DNA from: Holophagaceae bacterium
GTDB lineage: Bacteria > Acidobacteriota > Holophagae > Holophagales > Holophagaceae
Assembly (NCBI GenBank): GCA_041263285.1
Contig: JBFSVS010000001.1
Coordinates: 18,519-82,518, forward strand
Direction of reading: 5' to 3'
DNA length: 64,000 bases
Of this stretch, positions 30,903 to 40,494 are shown in pieces. The notes beneath the pieces were generated by a model. That model searched no databases. It was given only the letters and a program-made list of their open reading frames with translations, and was not told where the DNA came from. Within the stretch, counting starts at the first letter, position 1; each line of letters opens with the position of its first letter. Made by a program: the position numbers and the translations under genes.

Positions 30903-33878
30903 TTACCAACTAAAGCGGGCTCCAAACTGGAACTGGCGTCTGAAGTCATAACTCTGGGCTATCGGTTGGCCAAAAGTTGAGGTGATCGCCGCCACGTTTT
31001 GAACTCGAGTAACGGTGTAGTGATTGGTCACATTGAAGACATCAACCATCAATTCAAATTTCTGCTTACCCTTGAGTGCAAAAGACTTTGCAACTCGAAG
31101 ATCAATATTATGACTACTTGGTAGGTACTCAGAATTTCGACCGACACCGGCCGGTCGATCTCCTGCGCCACCGTCACCGTTATTATTGAGGTCAGCACCC
31201 GCAAAGACATTCCAGGGTCGTCCAGAGAACATCTTCCCGATCATGGAGAATGTCCAAGTATCTTTGGAATAAATCATGGTCAGATTGAATCGATGACGTT
31301 GATCTTGATTGGAGGGACCTTGTTCACCCGCAAGATCATAAGGATTATTGGGATAGTAGTCCGTTAACCAGTCAATGTAGTTATCCATCGCACGGCTGAA
31401 AGTGTAATTGGCATTCAAAGCAAAATTTGATTGTGGACGCCAATTAAGTCCTAGCGTGGCAGCATTGTAGGAACTTGAACCCGAAGAATCATATAAAAAG
31501 ACTGATCCGTATCGTACATCAGGACGACGAACCCAAGGATTCGTCGAAGAGTTGGCTGCAGCAAAGTTAGCGTAGGGATTAAGAACGGTTGGATTAGCGT
31601 CACGAACCTGCAAAAATCCGTCACCGTTGGAGTGAACCAGGTCTAAAGTGAGCTTAAGCGTGTTGGAGTAGTTGTACTCTGCACCCGCATTGGCTTGAAT
31701 GCTTCGAGACATATTGATTTTTCCAGGCAAGAGTAGCGATGGGAAGATTCCCGTGAGCGGACTGGCTGTGGGCTCAACTTGAAACCGCCTGTTGGTATTA
31801 CCGAGTGCATTACTAAAGACTGCGAAAGCAGGAATGCCTTGAAGGATATAGGTCCGCATATCGGTACCGTTGGAGATCGAAAGCGCAGCGAGCGGTCCTA
31901 TTTGCGTACGACCCGAGAAAACGCCGTAGCCGCCGTATAATCGTAGATCTGAAGCGGCTTGCCAACTGAATGAAAGTCGAGGTGAGACGCGTGAACTTGA
32001 ATTAGTAACAGAAGCCGTGAGGTTCTTGTCAAAGTTGTATTGTTGAAGAGTTTTTGCAATTCGAACAGGCCCAATGTTAGCTCCCAAAGACGTTGTGTAG
32101 TCCGGAGTTGCTAAGGCGGTGTAAGCCGCAGGTACTTGCCCCGTTGATTTAGAAAGAAAATCAGGCAATCCTTCTCGGTCGTAGCGTAAACCTAATTTTA
32201 AGGTGAAGTCTTTGGTGACTTCCCAATCGTCTTGAATGAAGGTGCTGACATAGCTTACTTCAGGGCTGTTTTGACTCATGCCGAAATTTTGGGCAAATAC
32301 AAGCGGCGCGTTGTTGTTGAACGCTGTCAAGCCATCTGTGTATGGAATACCTGAACTAGCAGGAAAACCACCAAACCGATATATCCCACCAAACTGCAGG
32401 GGGAGTTGACCTTTAATTTGAGTCTCAAGAACATCAAATCCGATTTTGAAGGCATGGTTTTTGGTGAAAAATGAGAAGGTGTCAGCTACTTGACGGCTTT
32501 TTTCCGTTCTCAATTGAGGTAAGAAACGATGGGAACCAAAAGTGGCCACACCAATGATGCTTACATAGGGGGTATTGGCTGTATCCAAACTCAACAAGGA
32601 ATGATCGCGCATGGAGTACATATAGCGAAATTCATTGACCCAATTAGTAGATGTCCATTGATGATTGAGGCTGAAGGTGTCATCGGTAATGTCTCTTGCA
32701 CCGCCTGCACTTCGATCCGTCTGTCCACCAAAATCTAGTTGTTTACCATTAAATTCTTCCGTGTGGGAATAGCGAACACTAAGACGCTGATCCGAAGAGA
32801 GTAAATAGTCAAATTTAACCAAATTGGAAGTCGATGCTTCCTTGTAGGGGGAAGAACCTGATGTGATGGTAAAACCCTTAGCCGCAACAGCTGCAATTAT
32901 GGCCGCATTGGTGGTGGCATTGCTACTGAAGGCGACATTAGCTGCATCATCTTTATCTAATTTTTCAACAGAAACAAAATAGAAAAGTTGATCCTTAACA
33001 ATAGGACCACTCACGCTAAATCCATATTGATTTTGACTGGTAGAAGAATTGGCGGCCGATATCGGGAGTTTAGAATCAAAGCGGGCACGTCGACCAAAAT
33101 AGAATGCAGAACCCTGATAATCATTTCCTCCGCTCTTGGTGATCACATTAAGGGTTCCACCGGCCGCACGGCCATATTCGGCACTAAAGCCGTTGGTCAC
33201 AATTTGAAATTCTTGAATAGAATCTTGGCCAAAAGTTGTTCTTGCAGCACCAACCGCAAGGTCGTTGTTGTCTAATCCATCGACCATAATATTGTTGGAT
33301 CTTGGATTGATACCTGCAAATGAAAGCCCTGAATCCGTTGCAGCACCGCCTTTGCGACTCTCGGGTCCATTGGCTTCTGTGACTCCAGGAGCCGTCAAGC
33401 TGAAGGACGCAAAGTCTCTGCGATTAATGGGGAGATTCATAATGGCATCATTAGAAATTGTTGTCGAAACCTGCGTTCGGGTTGGATCGATACCCAGACC
33501 TTGGCTGGTAACTTCGACGGTAGCGGAGACATCCTCCTTGGTAAGGGTTATGTCAAAATCCAATGTAGAAGCCAACCGTAAAGAAAGATTACCGAACTTT
33601 TTAGGGGCAAAACCCTCGGCTTCTATGGCGATGGAGTAAGATCCAGGATTAACCAGGCGGAATGAATAATTACCGTTTTCATCAGATACTGCGGTGCGGA
33701 TTTGATTGGTACTCTCGGAAGTTAGTCGTACCATTGCTTTGGCAATGACCTGTCCATTAGGCCCACTAATGGTTCCTTTAAGATCTGAGGTTGTAACGGA
33801 GGAACTTTGGCCAACTAGTGCCAATGAAAAAGCACTCAGGGCAGCCAAATAGATGGGGGTATTTTTTCGGTTGTTCAT
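30903..33878 (-). CDS. TonB-dependent receptor with N-terminal carboxypeptidase-regulatory-like (Cna-B-type) domain
   Basis: Signal peptide, 'GTISGPNGQVIAKAMVRLTSESTNQIRTAVSDENGNYSFRLVNPGSYSIAIEAEGF', plug ('FQIVTNGFSAEYGRAAGGTLNVITKSGGN'), long beta-barrel ending 'FQFGARFSW'. Confidence 0.85.
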   Translation of the reverse strand: MNNRKNTPIYLAALSAFSLALVGQSSSVTTSDLKGTISGPNGQVIAKAMVRLTSESTNQIRTAVSDENGNYSFRLVNPGSYSIAIEAEGFAPKKFGNLSLRLASTLDFDITLTKEDVSATVEVTSQGLGIDPTRTQVSTTISNDAIMNLPINRRDFASFSLTAPGVTEANGPESRKGGAATDSGLSFAGINPRSNNIMVDGLDNNDLAVGAARTTFGQDSIQEFQIVTNGFSAEYGRAAGGTLNVITKSGGNDYQGSAFYFGRRARFDSKLPISAANSSTSQNQYGFSVSGPIVKDQLFYFVSVEKLDKDDAANVAFSSNATTNAAIIAAVAAKGFTITSGSSPYKEASTSNLVKFDYLLSSDQRLSVRYSHTEEFNGKQLDFGGQTDRSAGGARDITDDTFSLNHQWTSTNWVNEFRYMYSMRDHSLLSLDTANTPYVSIIGVATFGSHRFLPQLRTEKSRQVADTFSFFTKNHAFKIGFDVLETQIKGQLPLQFGGIYRFGGFPASSGIPYTDGLTAFNNNAPLVFAQNFGMSQNSPEVSYVSTFIQDDWEVTKDFTLKLGLRYDREGLPDFLSKSTGQVPAAYTALATPDYTTSLGANIGPVRIAKTLQQYNFDKNLTASVTNSSSRVSPRLSFSWQAASDLRLYGGYGVFSGRTQIGPLAALSISNGTDMRTYILQGIPAFAVFSNALGNTNRRFQVEPTASPLTGIFPSLLLPGKINMSRSIQANAGAEYNYSNTLKLTLDLVHSNGDGFLQVRDANPTVLNPYANFAAANSSTNPWVRRPDVRYGSVFLYDSSGSSSYNAATLGLNWRPQSNFALNANYTFSRAMDNYIDWLTDYYPNNPYDLAGEQGPSNQDQRHRFNLTMIYSKDTWTFSMIGKMFSGRPWNVFAGADLNNNGDGGAGDRPAGVGRNSEYLPSSHNIDLRVAKSFALKGKQKFELMVDVFNVTNHYTVTRVQNVAAITSTFGQPIAQSYDFRRQFQFGARFSW

Positions 33879-34242
33879 GGATTTTCCTTTAGAGAGGTGA
33901 AAGACAAAATTATGAGGCAGATAGTTGTGGAATTTAAGAAAAGTATTGAGAATGGCGCATTGGAGCCCTTTTAGCTCTCTTTCATCATCCCCTAGAGGTG
34001 AGTTAAATAACCATATAAAGAATAGATAAGCATTACAAGGAAAATGCTAAGTTCAACTAATACAACGATTACATAGATAACAAAATTTGTACATTATAAA
34101 TCGATCAACTAATAACAAAACCAATGAATGAAAAGGCTTTATTTGAATAAAGTAACCCTTAAATCCCCCCTGGACTGTTCATGGGGGTAAAACCACTGTT
34201 TGATTTACCATACAGAGAAACCCATTACGTGAAGGAACTGCC

Positions 34243-35397
34243 TTGAGTCATATCTTAATCTTGATTCTATTTTTGGTAACTAGTGCCTGCAATACTCCAT
34301 TCAGTTATTCACTCAGGCAAACTCGGGCTGTCGAAAAGAAAAGTGCAATCTCTAATTTGGAATCTAAAACTGAGACGAGTACTCAAGATGAAAAAAAAGT
34401 TATCCCAAAGGATAAAGAGCAAGATAAAAATCCTCCTCCGGCAATAATTGTTAAAACAAATAAAGTCGAAGCAGTGGTTCAAGAAGAAATCTTAGTAGCA
34501 GTTAATTCACACATCATTACACGAAAATCCTTCCAACAAGCCTTTGAGCAACAGAATGCGTCTCTTTACCGACAATTCTCAGGTAAGGCTCTAGATGAAA
34601 AACTATCCGAAGCTCGCGCTAAGACTCTCCAGGGATTGATTGATGCTTTCCTCTTGGCAGATAAAGCAAATGAAATGGGCCTTTCTATTCCTGATGACTA
34701 CGTAGAATCCACCATCGAACAGGTTAAAAAAGAAAATAAAATTGCTTCGGATGAGGAATTTGAAAGAGCCCTGAAAGCCAATCTAGGCATTGGATTATCC
34801 GAATATCGAAAAAATCAAAAACGTATGATGTTGGAACAGCAAGTACTCGGAAGGGAAGTGTATTCGAAAATAGCCGTGACTGAGAATGAAGTACGGGCTT
34901 ATTACGAAAAAAACAAAGATGATTATCGTCTACCCGAAAGATTCCGAATTAGAGAATTAGTTATTCCACGAGGTACTACTACTGAAGAAAAATCTAAAAG
35001 CGCGGCAATTCTCCTTGAGGTAGAAAAACAAATCGTCGACAAAAAAAGTTTTGAATCATTAGTTCGTACGTACTCTGCATCTCCTACCAAAGATTTAGGT
35101 GGAGATGCCGGCTGGATTAATAAGGGTATGCTTCGTCCCTCCATCGAAGAAGTAGCCCTAGCCCTCAAAGTAGGTGATATTTCCTCTGTGATTGAAACGG
35201 CACGTGACTATTATTTTGTGCAACTCGTCGACCGCGAAACCAGTCCATATCAGCCGTTCGCTGAGGTGAAGGATAAACTGTTGGTCAAGGTCCAAGAACC
35301 TAAAGCTGAATCGGCCATTGAACAATTTATGAATAACCTAAGAACACGAGCAAATATTCGTTACATGATCCCCAGGGAACAATTGATAAAAGGCTAG
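34243..35397 (+). CDS. SurA/PrsA-like peptidyl-prolyl isomerase (parvulin domain)
   Basis: SurA N-domain-like helical region, then the parvulin motif 'RIRELVIP ... SASPTKDLGGDAGWINKGMLRP ... GDISSVIETARDYYFVQL'. TTG start. Lipoprotein-like 'LVTSAC'. Confidence 0.8.
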   Translation: MSHILILILFLVTSACNTPFSYSLRQTRAVEKKSAISNLESKTETSTQDEKKVIPKDKEQDKNPPPAIIVKTNKVEAVVQEEILVAVNSHIITRKSFQQAFEQQNASLYRQFSGKALDEKLSEARAKTLQGLIDAFLLADKANEMGLSIPDDYVESTIEQVKKENKIASDEEFERALKANLGIGLSEYRKNQKRMMLEQQVLGREVYSKIAVTENEVRAYYEKNKDDYRLPERFRIRELVIPRGTTTEEKSKSAAILLEVEKQIVDKKSFESLVRTYSASPTKDLGGDAGWINKGMLRPSIEEVALALKVGDISSVIETARDYYFVQLVDRETSPYQPFAEVKDKLLVKVQEPKAESAIEQFMNNLRTRANIRYMIPREQLIKG

Positions 35398-35432
35398 TCC
35401 TTTTCCTTGAAATTTAGTTTAGGATTACTCGT

Positions 35433-35753
35433 ATGCGTCTCGATACCTTTTTGCGTAATACCGCTTTAATTGCTCGAAGAGATATCATTCATTACTTGTG
35501 CGAGGAAGGTTCGATACGCGTGAACGGCATTCCTCGAAGAGGACTATTTGACTTGTCCGGGGGAGAAATCATTGAGTTCACTCTGTTCAATGATCAGTAT
35601 CAAGTCCGCGTTCTAGCTTTTCCTGCTTTTAAAATCAAATCGAAGGATCAATGGTCTTATTTAGAAATCATTGAAAAAAGAAAAGTGCACAGTGAAATGG
35701 AATTCTTTTCAGATCCTTCGTCTGTGCAAACTAAAACACCCAAGTTCCACTAA
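35433..35753 (+). CDS. S4-domain RNA-binding protein (Hsp15/YlmH-like small protein)
   Basis: 'MRLDTFLRNTALIARRDIIHYLCEEGSIRVNG' fits the S4 alpha-L motif. Confidence 0.55.
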   Translation: MRLDTFLRNTALIARRDIIHYLCEEGSIRVNGIPRRGLFDLSGGEIIEFTLFNDQYQVRVLAFPAFKIKSKDQWSYLEIIEKRKVHSEMEFFSDPSSVQTKTPKFH

Positions 35754-35762
35754 CGAACGTCT

Positions 35763-36518
35763 TCAGACATTGGCCTCGATTTTTGTTTTAGCTAATTTAA
35801 GATCATCCCAAACGGCTTTTCTTACTTCGGGAGTGTACATTCTTAGTACATAAGCCGGATGGAATGTGGGAATTACTGGGATCTCATGAAAAAACCGTAA
35901 CGTCCCTCTTACTTTTGTGATTCCTTCGGTAATACCCAGCAATTCACGAAGAGGAGTAGCGCCGAGCGTGACGATAACTTTAGGTTGAATTATTTCAATT
36001 TGCTTTTGCAGGTAGCCTAAACAAGAGCGAGCTTCTTCGGGTGTTGGGATGCGATTATCCGGGGGTCGGCATTTAACAATATTTGCAATATAGACCTCAC
36101 TGCGTTTCAAGCCAATTGCTTCAATCATCTTTTCCAGAAGATCGCCTGCACGGCCTACAAAGGGTCTACCATGAAGATCCTCATCTCTTCCTGGGCCTTC
36201 ACCCACAAACATCATATCCGCATGAGGATTACCCTCCCCAAAGACGAATTGATTTCGGGTGGTGCCCAAGATACATCGTTGACAACCTCGTATCGCCTCC
36301 AATAACCCTGGTAAATCTGATAAGGTTTGAATGATTTCAGTAGGCGGATTTCGAACACTATCCGTCGGCGGCTGATAAGCAATGGATGGTGTCGCTGCTA
36401 CTTTTTTATTTTTTGAGGGACTCATTTGAGGGGGCGTATGAAAATTTTCAGGTCGAATTAAAGAGGTCACCCCAAGGTCTCTCAAGGCGGCTTTCCAGTC
36501 TTCCATGTCCTTAGTCAT
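35763..36518 (-). CDS. Uracil-DNA glycosylase, family 4 (Fe-S type), with about 70-aa N-terminal extension
   Basis: 'CQRCIL', 'GEGNPHADMMFVGEGPGRDED', 'VKCRPP', 'HPAYVLR'. Confidence 0.85.
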   Translation of the reverse strand: MTKDMEDWKAALRDLGVTSLIRPENFHTPPQMSPSKNKKVAATPSIAYQPPTDSVRNPPTEIIQTLSDLPGLLEAIRGCQRCILGTTRNQFVFGEGNPHADMMFVGEGPGRDEDLHGRPFVGRAGDLLEKMIEAIGLKRSEVYIANIVKCRPPDNRIPTPEEARSCLGYLQKQIEIIQPKVIVTLGATPLRELLGITEGITKVRGTLRFFHEIPVIPTFHPAYVLRMYTPEVRKAVWDDLKLAKTKIEANV

Positions 36519-36595
36519 ATAGGCTAGTTTAGGGAACTTTCATCCATTTCATGACATACAAGTCATAATAGGCATATCCTCAGGAAAATCTCCCC

Positions 36596-37099
36596 ATGAA
36601 CGACTTTAGTCCTTTTGGAACAAGCGAGGCCTTTTATGCTGCTTTTTCCGAATATTATCCCAAATTAGTGAGTTATGCCCGCCGGTTTGGGGCCATCTAT
36701 CCTGAAGATATCACTCAAGAATCCTTTGTTATCCTTATGCAAAGAGAAGATAAAATCGACCATCCGGTTGCTTTTTTATATGGAACCGTTCGTACGCTTG
36801 CATTGACGGAGCGTCGGCCGCTTAAAAATCAAAATATTTCTCTCGAATTTATAGTCGATCACGGCAAAGAAGGCGATGCATACGATGCACTTCTTTCCCA
36901 TGAAATCCGGAAAGAAATCCAAAAGCTTCCCGTTACTTTTCGTGAAGCTATTTGGCTTTTTGTCGTTGACGGACTGTCCGTTCGAGAAATTTCTCACGTT
37001 TTAGAAATTCCTGAAGCCACCGTAAAGACTCGCATTCACCGAGCCAAAGCCCAACTGAGAGATCAACTTAATCCCGGAGGTCACCATGCTATGGTTTAG
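36596..37099 (+). CDS. ECF-type RNA polymerase sigma-70 factor
   Basis: Region 2 ('YPEDITQESFVILM') and region 4 HTH ('FREAIWLFVVDGLSVREISHVLEIPEATVKTRIHRAKAQLR'). Confidence 0.85.
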   Translation: MNDFSPFGTSEAFYAAFSEYYPKLVSYARRFGAIYPEDITQESFVILMQREDKIDHPVAFLYGTVRTLALTERRPLKNQNISLEFIVDHGKEGDAYDALLSHEIRKEIQKLPVTFREAIWLFVVDGLSVREISHVLEIPEATVKTRIHRAKAQLRDQLNPGGHHAMV

Positions 37100-37580
37100 C
37101 TCTCGATTCCCCAAAGTACCTAAGATAGAGCCGCTCGAGGATACTCAATTACGATCCGACTTTGGAGAAATGCTCGGCCTAAAAGTGTTATCAGAGCCCA
37201 CTTCGATAGCAGAATCTCATCGTCTCCAAGAACTGGCTCAAAGCCTTTATCGTGAGGCCCTCCGACGCCGTCGCACTCTTCGCCAGCGATCCCGTTTGAG
37301 TTGGATGCTTGCGGCTGCTGCCCTCCCGATTATTTTTGCTTTAGGGTCTTGGGGTATCACCCAGCATCATAAAGCTAAAGCCTTGGCTCAACAAATTGAG
37401 CAGAATCGAATAGAACAAAAACGCCTGGTGGATGCCAACCAAAATCTTCAAAGAGTTATCCAGGATGCTCAACTTCAGTTGGCCAAAGATCGCCAAAAAT
37501 ATTTAGTGATTCCTCTGCCCAATCGTGAGAATTCAGTCAATCAGATGAATACCGTTAAGGTTAGGAATAAAACCAACTAA
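37086..37580 (+). CDS. Putative anti-sigma factor (single-pass membrane, coiled-coil ectodomain)
   Basis: Overlaps the sigma gene by 14 nt. One TM segment ('WMLAAAALPIIFALGSWGI'). No zinc-binding anti-sigma motif is visible, so the call is by position only. Confidence 0.4.
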   Translation: MLWFSSRFPKVPKIEPLEDTQLRSDFGEMLGLKVLSEPTSIAESHRLQELAQSLYREALRRRRTLRQRSRLSWMLAAAALPIIFALGSWGITQHHKAKALAQQIEQNRIEQKRLVDANQNLQRVIQDAQLQLAKDRQKYLVIPLPNRENSVNQMNTVKVRNKTN

Positions 37581-39502
37581 CCCACTTGGGGATTATCGCG
37601 GTTCCAACCTTTTTCATTAAGCAGACGCACGCCGTGAATGCGCTTGAGTCTGAAAACCATATCCTCTTGGTGTAAATGACAAAAAGCCACTAATGTATCC
37701 TCTTCGATGGCTTTAGGACTGAGGCGTCGAAGTTGTGTTCGGTGGGCTGCGGGAGGCAGATATGTGACTTCGACGGCTAAATTATGCATGGTTGCGTAGT
37801 CAAGAATTCCTCTCGTTTCTTCGACGGGCTGCTGATCTCCTGATAAATGGAGCATGGGAATGCGACGCTGAATCTGCTGAAACAGGGAAGGGTTTTCATC
37901 ATGAATCTGCTGAAGAGACTGGCGAATCATTTGTCGGATCGGATCCAAATGGTGGTTGAGCCCCTTTTCGTCAATAAAGGCTAGGCCCGCTAGCGACCAA
38001 AGATAAAGATCTTCTTGCGCATCAATGCTTAGAGGGAGAAATCGAGAGGGTTTGGGAAGGTACCCGGCCTCTTTGAGGAATGTATTAATGTTGCCTTGCC
38101 CATGAACTTCAATGAGAGTGGGGCTAATTTGTCTCAACCCTAGAGCGATAAATTCAGGACGTACCATAATCTCATTGGCCAGCTCGGGTGTCTTTGTTTC
38201 AATGAGGCGAGCATTTTGTTTGATGACCACTTCACCAATTCGACGATCAAGATCAGTCAGTAAATCGGATACCGTTGATGGAAGTGATGAACCCAGCGTA
38301 TCTTTTATTTCACCGATCGTGACTCCTAAATCAACAGCTTTGATTATTGAATCGTGAGAAAGTTTAAAGTTAGCCAACGTATCGACGGATTCTAGAGATG
38401 AAATTTCGGCGAGACGAAGGAGGCGATGTGGATTTTGTAGAAGGGGTGTGAGAATTTCTAAATTTGGTTGAATAACAAGAGCTTGAGTAGATTCAAACAG
38501 AGTCCAATGGGCCCGAGTTGAGGAGGGATTTCTACGAATGTATTCCTCAGTTAGGGCTAGGCCATGCACCGAAAGAGCAATAAAATGACCCTTTGAATCC
38601 ATATCCAATAAACCCATGCGATAGAGGAAAGGAATGAATCGTTCTTTAATTTTCTGGGCATCAAATTGACGAAGCGTTCCTAAGAAATGTAGAAATGTAT
38701 CCACTTTTAAAATTTGATTGGGTCGATCGAGAAGATGTTGCAAAAAGAAGATACGATGTTCGGACATCGGCATTTGCCATGCATCTAAGTCATGTTCGAC
38801 AAGATATGAAAATGTTCGCTCAGCAATCCACCTAGGCGGATGAGCTAAAACGGCAGGAATTAATGTCTCGACTCGCCCTTCTCGTTGCCACAATAAGCCG
38901 AGTCGGTGGAGTAGAGTAAATAGTAAAGAAGCATCTTCTTCTCCTGCAGGCGTGGCAGAGAAAAGAGTATTATTTCGGGTAATGTGATCTAATTCTTTCT
39001 TGGCAGGCAATCCCGCTTTAAGAACACGAACCCCATGAACACACCGGAGAAGAATAACAACTAGTGCCAGAGAAAATCTGAAAGAACCACTGGGGTTAAG
39101 CTGAGTACCCTCTGGCGCTTGAAGTGACAATGCTGAATCATCAAAGTCATCAAGTGCGGCTCGGATACGCTCCGGTAGAATCCACATATCTCGTTGTTGT
39201 GCAGTAGCCGGAAGAATTAGGCCTAGTGAAAACAGAGAGGGAACCATGAAAGTCGGGGGCTGTTTTCCCTCGGTTAGATGCTTTAAGGCAATTAACTCAG
39301 ACTCTTGAAGTGAGGCCAAAACACCCGATAAATGATGATGATCCTCGAGGTGATAAATCATGCTTTTGATTAAAGATTTTAATCCATCGGGTCGATCTTT
39401 CCATCGGATGGGGATGGTTATATGTCGTCGTTCGCAGATCAATTCCAACTCTCCTTCCGTGCAATTGGAGAGGAGTTGAAAATGATTTAAGGCTTCACTC
39501 AT
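37577..39502 (-). CDS. XPB-N-terminal-domain-like (Helicase_C_3-type) protein with C-terminal WYL-like domain
   Basis: aa ~340-470 ('LVIQPNLEILTP...ANFKLSHDSIIKAVDLGVTIGEIKDTL...IGEVVIKQNARLIETKT') parallels the N-terminus of the XPB helicase at 43360. aa ~565-630 ('VEVTYLP...RRLSPKAIEEDTLVAFCHLHQEDMVFRLKRIHGVRLL') fits the WYL pattern. Confidence 0.6.
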   Translation of the reverse strand: MSEALNHFQLLSNCTEGELELICERRHITIPIRWKDRPDGLKSLIKSMIYHLEDHHHLSGVLASLQESELIALKHLTEGKQPPTFMVPSLFSLGLILPATAQQRDMWILPERIRAALDDFDDSALSLQAPEGTQLNPSGSFRFSLALVVILLRCVHGVRVLKAGLPAKKELDHITRNNTLFSATPAGEEDASLLFTLLHRLGLLWQREGRVETLIPAVLAHPPRWIAERTFSYLVEHDLDAWQMPMSEHRIFFLQHLLDRPNQILKVDTFLHFLGTLRQFDAQKIKERFIPFLYRMGLLDMDSKGHFIALSVHGLALTEEYIRRNPSSTRAHWTLFESTQALVIQPNLEILTPLLQNPHRLLRLAEISSLESVDTLANFKLSHDSIIKAVDLGVTIGEIKDTLGSSLPSTVSDLLTDLDRRIGEVVIKQNARLIETKTPELANEIMVRPEFIALGLRQISPTLIEVHGQGNINTFLKEAGYLPKPSRFLPLSIDAQEDLYLWSLAGLAFIDEKGLNHHLDPIRQMIRQSLQQIHDENPSLFQQIQRRIPMLHLSGDQQPVEETRGILDYATMHNLAVEVTYLPPAAHRTQLRRLSPKAIEEDTLVAFCHLHQEDMVFRLKRIHGVRLLNEKGWNRDNPQVG

Positions 39503-39594
39503 GGAAGTAATACCTAAAGAATCACCCTATAGTGTCTCATTGTGATATGTAAAAACATACTAAAAATTAGTTATGCGGCACACTTTGCCAGCAT

Positions 39595-39626
39595 AAAAAC
39601 AGAGAGTATAAGAACCCTCTGTTTTT
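39595..39626 (-). terminator. Candidate rho-independent terminator after the lipoprotein gene
   Basis: 'AAAAACAGAG-(12 nt)-CTCTGTTTTT', 19 nt downstream of the stop at 39645. The short GC stem is extended by A/T pairing. Confidence 0.45.
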
Positions 39627-39644
39627 AGTCTCGATTGATGGAGC

Positions 39645-40481
39645 CTAATTGAGCGTTAATGTTCCAGCCGTAATCGTAATATTCGATGGATTAGAAATGC
39701 CTTGAACATTAATTTGAGCCCGGATGGGAGTCAAATTAATGGTGCCCGCAGTGCCCGAGTTATTTGCGAGCAGAGCGATTCTTGCTAAGACGGCCGATGA
39801 ACCATTTACGGGAATACCCGAAGCTCCTTTTTGTGCTATTACTGCGGTGAGAGTGGCATTACTAGACGCTTGATTGGAATAAAAAATAGGAGTAGACGCT
39901 CCTATATTGAATACCGTTCCATTTTGGACGAACATATTATCTGAACTATTTACCTTGCTCCAACCTGCTTTTGTGGGATCTGTGGTCATGGTGAATGCAA
40001 TCCCAGAAAGAAGCTGAGAATCTGTGGTGACAAGATCAAGAACTAGAAGGCTGCTAGTACTCAGCGATGAATTTTTTATCCAACGATATGTGCCGCTAGT
40101 AGGATCCACATAACTAAGAGTTTTAGTTGTACTAATGACCGTGATAGTGGCGGTCGCTATTGCCGTAAGACCAACACTGTTAGTGACAGTGAGCGTATAG
40201 GTAGTGGTGGTCGTCGGTGAAACGGGGATTGCGGTACCAGACGTGGCTGGAATATTGCCCGGGGTGATCACACCGGTTCCATTACTAAAAACAGGAGTTA
40301 GAGTGGTGGAATCTCCCGGGGAGATTGAGGCTGCACCTGCCGTTAGTGATGTGGCTATGGGTGCAGGCGGTGCCGGTGGTTGTGAAGATCCACCACCCCC
40401 CCCACCCCCTCCGCAAGCGATCATGAGAGTAGTTAAAATTCCTAAAATTCCAAAACAAAAACGATGATGCAACTGTTTCAT
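39645..40481 (-). CDS. Lipoprotein: poly-Gly/Pro linker, Ig-like domain, C-terminal cohesin-like domain
   Basis: Lipobox 'LMIAC' followed by G8 and 'SSQPPAPPAP'. Ig-like module 'ISPGDSTTLTPVFSNGTGVITPG...TTTTYTLTVTN'. The C-terminal roughly 160 aa ('LVLDLVTT...GIAFTMTTDP...AVLARIALLANNSGTAGTINLTP...ITITAGTLTLN') resembles cohesin modules. Start set to the ATG at 40481. Confidence 0.6.
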   Translation of the reverse strand: MKQLHHRFCFGILGILTTLMIACGGGGGGGGSSQPPAPPAPIATSLTAGAASISPGDSTTLTPVFSNGTGVITPGNIPATSGTAIPVSPTTTTTYTLTVTNSVGLTAIATATITVISTTKTLSYVDPTSGTYRWIKNSSLSTSSLLVLDLVTTDSQLLSGIAFTMTTDPTKAGWSKVNSSDNMFVQNGTVFNIGASTPIFYSNQASSNATLTAVIAQKGASGIPVNGSSAVLARIALLANNSGTAGTINLTPIRAQINVQGISNPSNITITAGTLTLN

Positions 40482-40494
40482 AATGTCCTCAGTA

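Noticed and set aside
33879-34242. Long AT-rich intergenic region examined for a structured RNA (tmRNA, 6S, RNase P, SRP RNA, riboswitch)
   Set aside because: No conserved boxes or extended helices are visible by eye. It is most simply a divergent promoter region.
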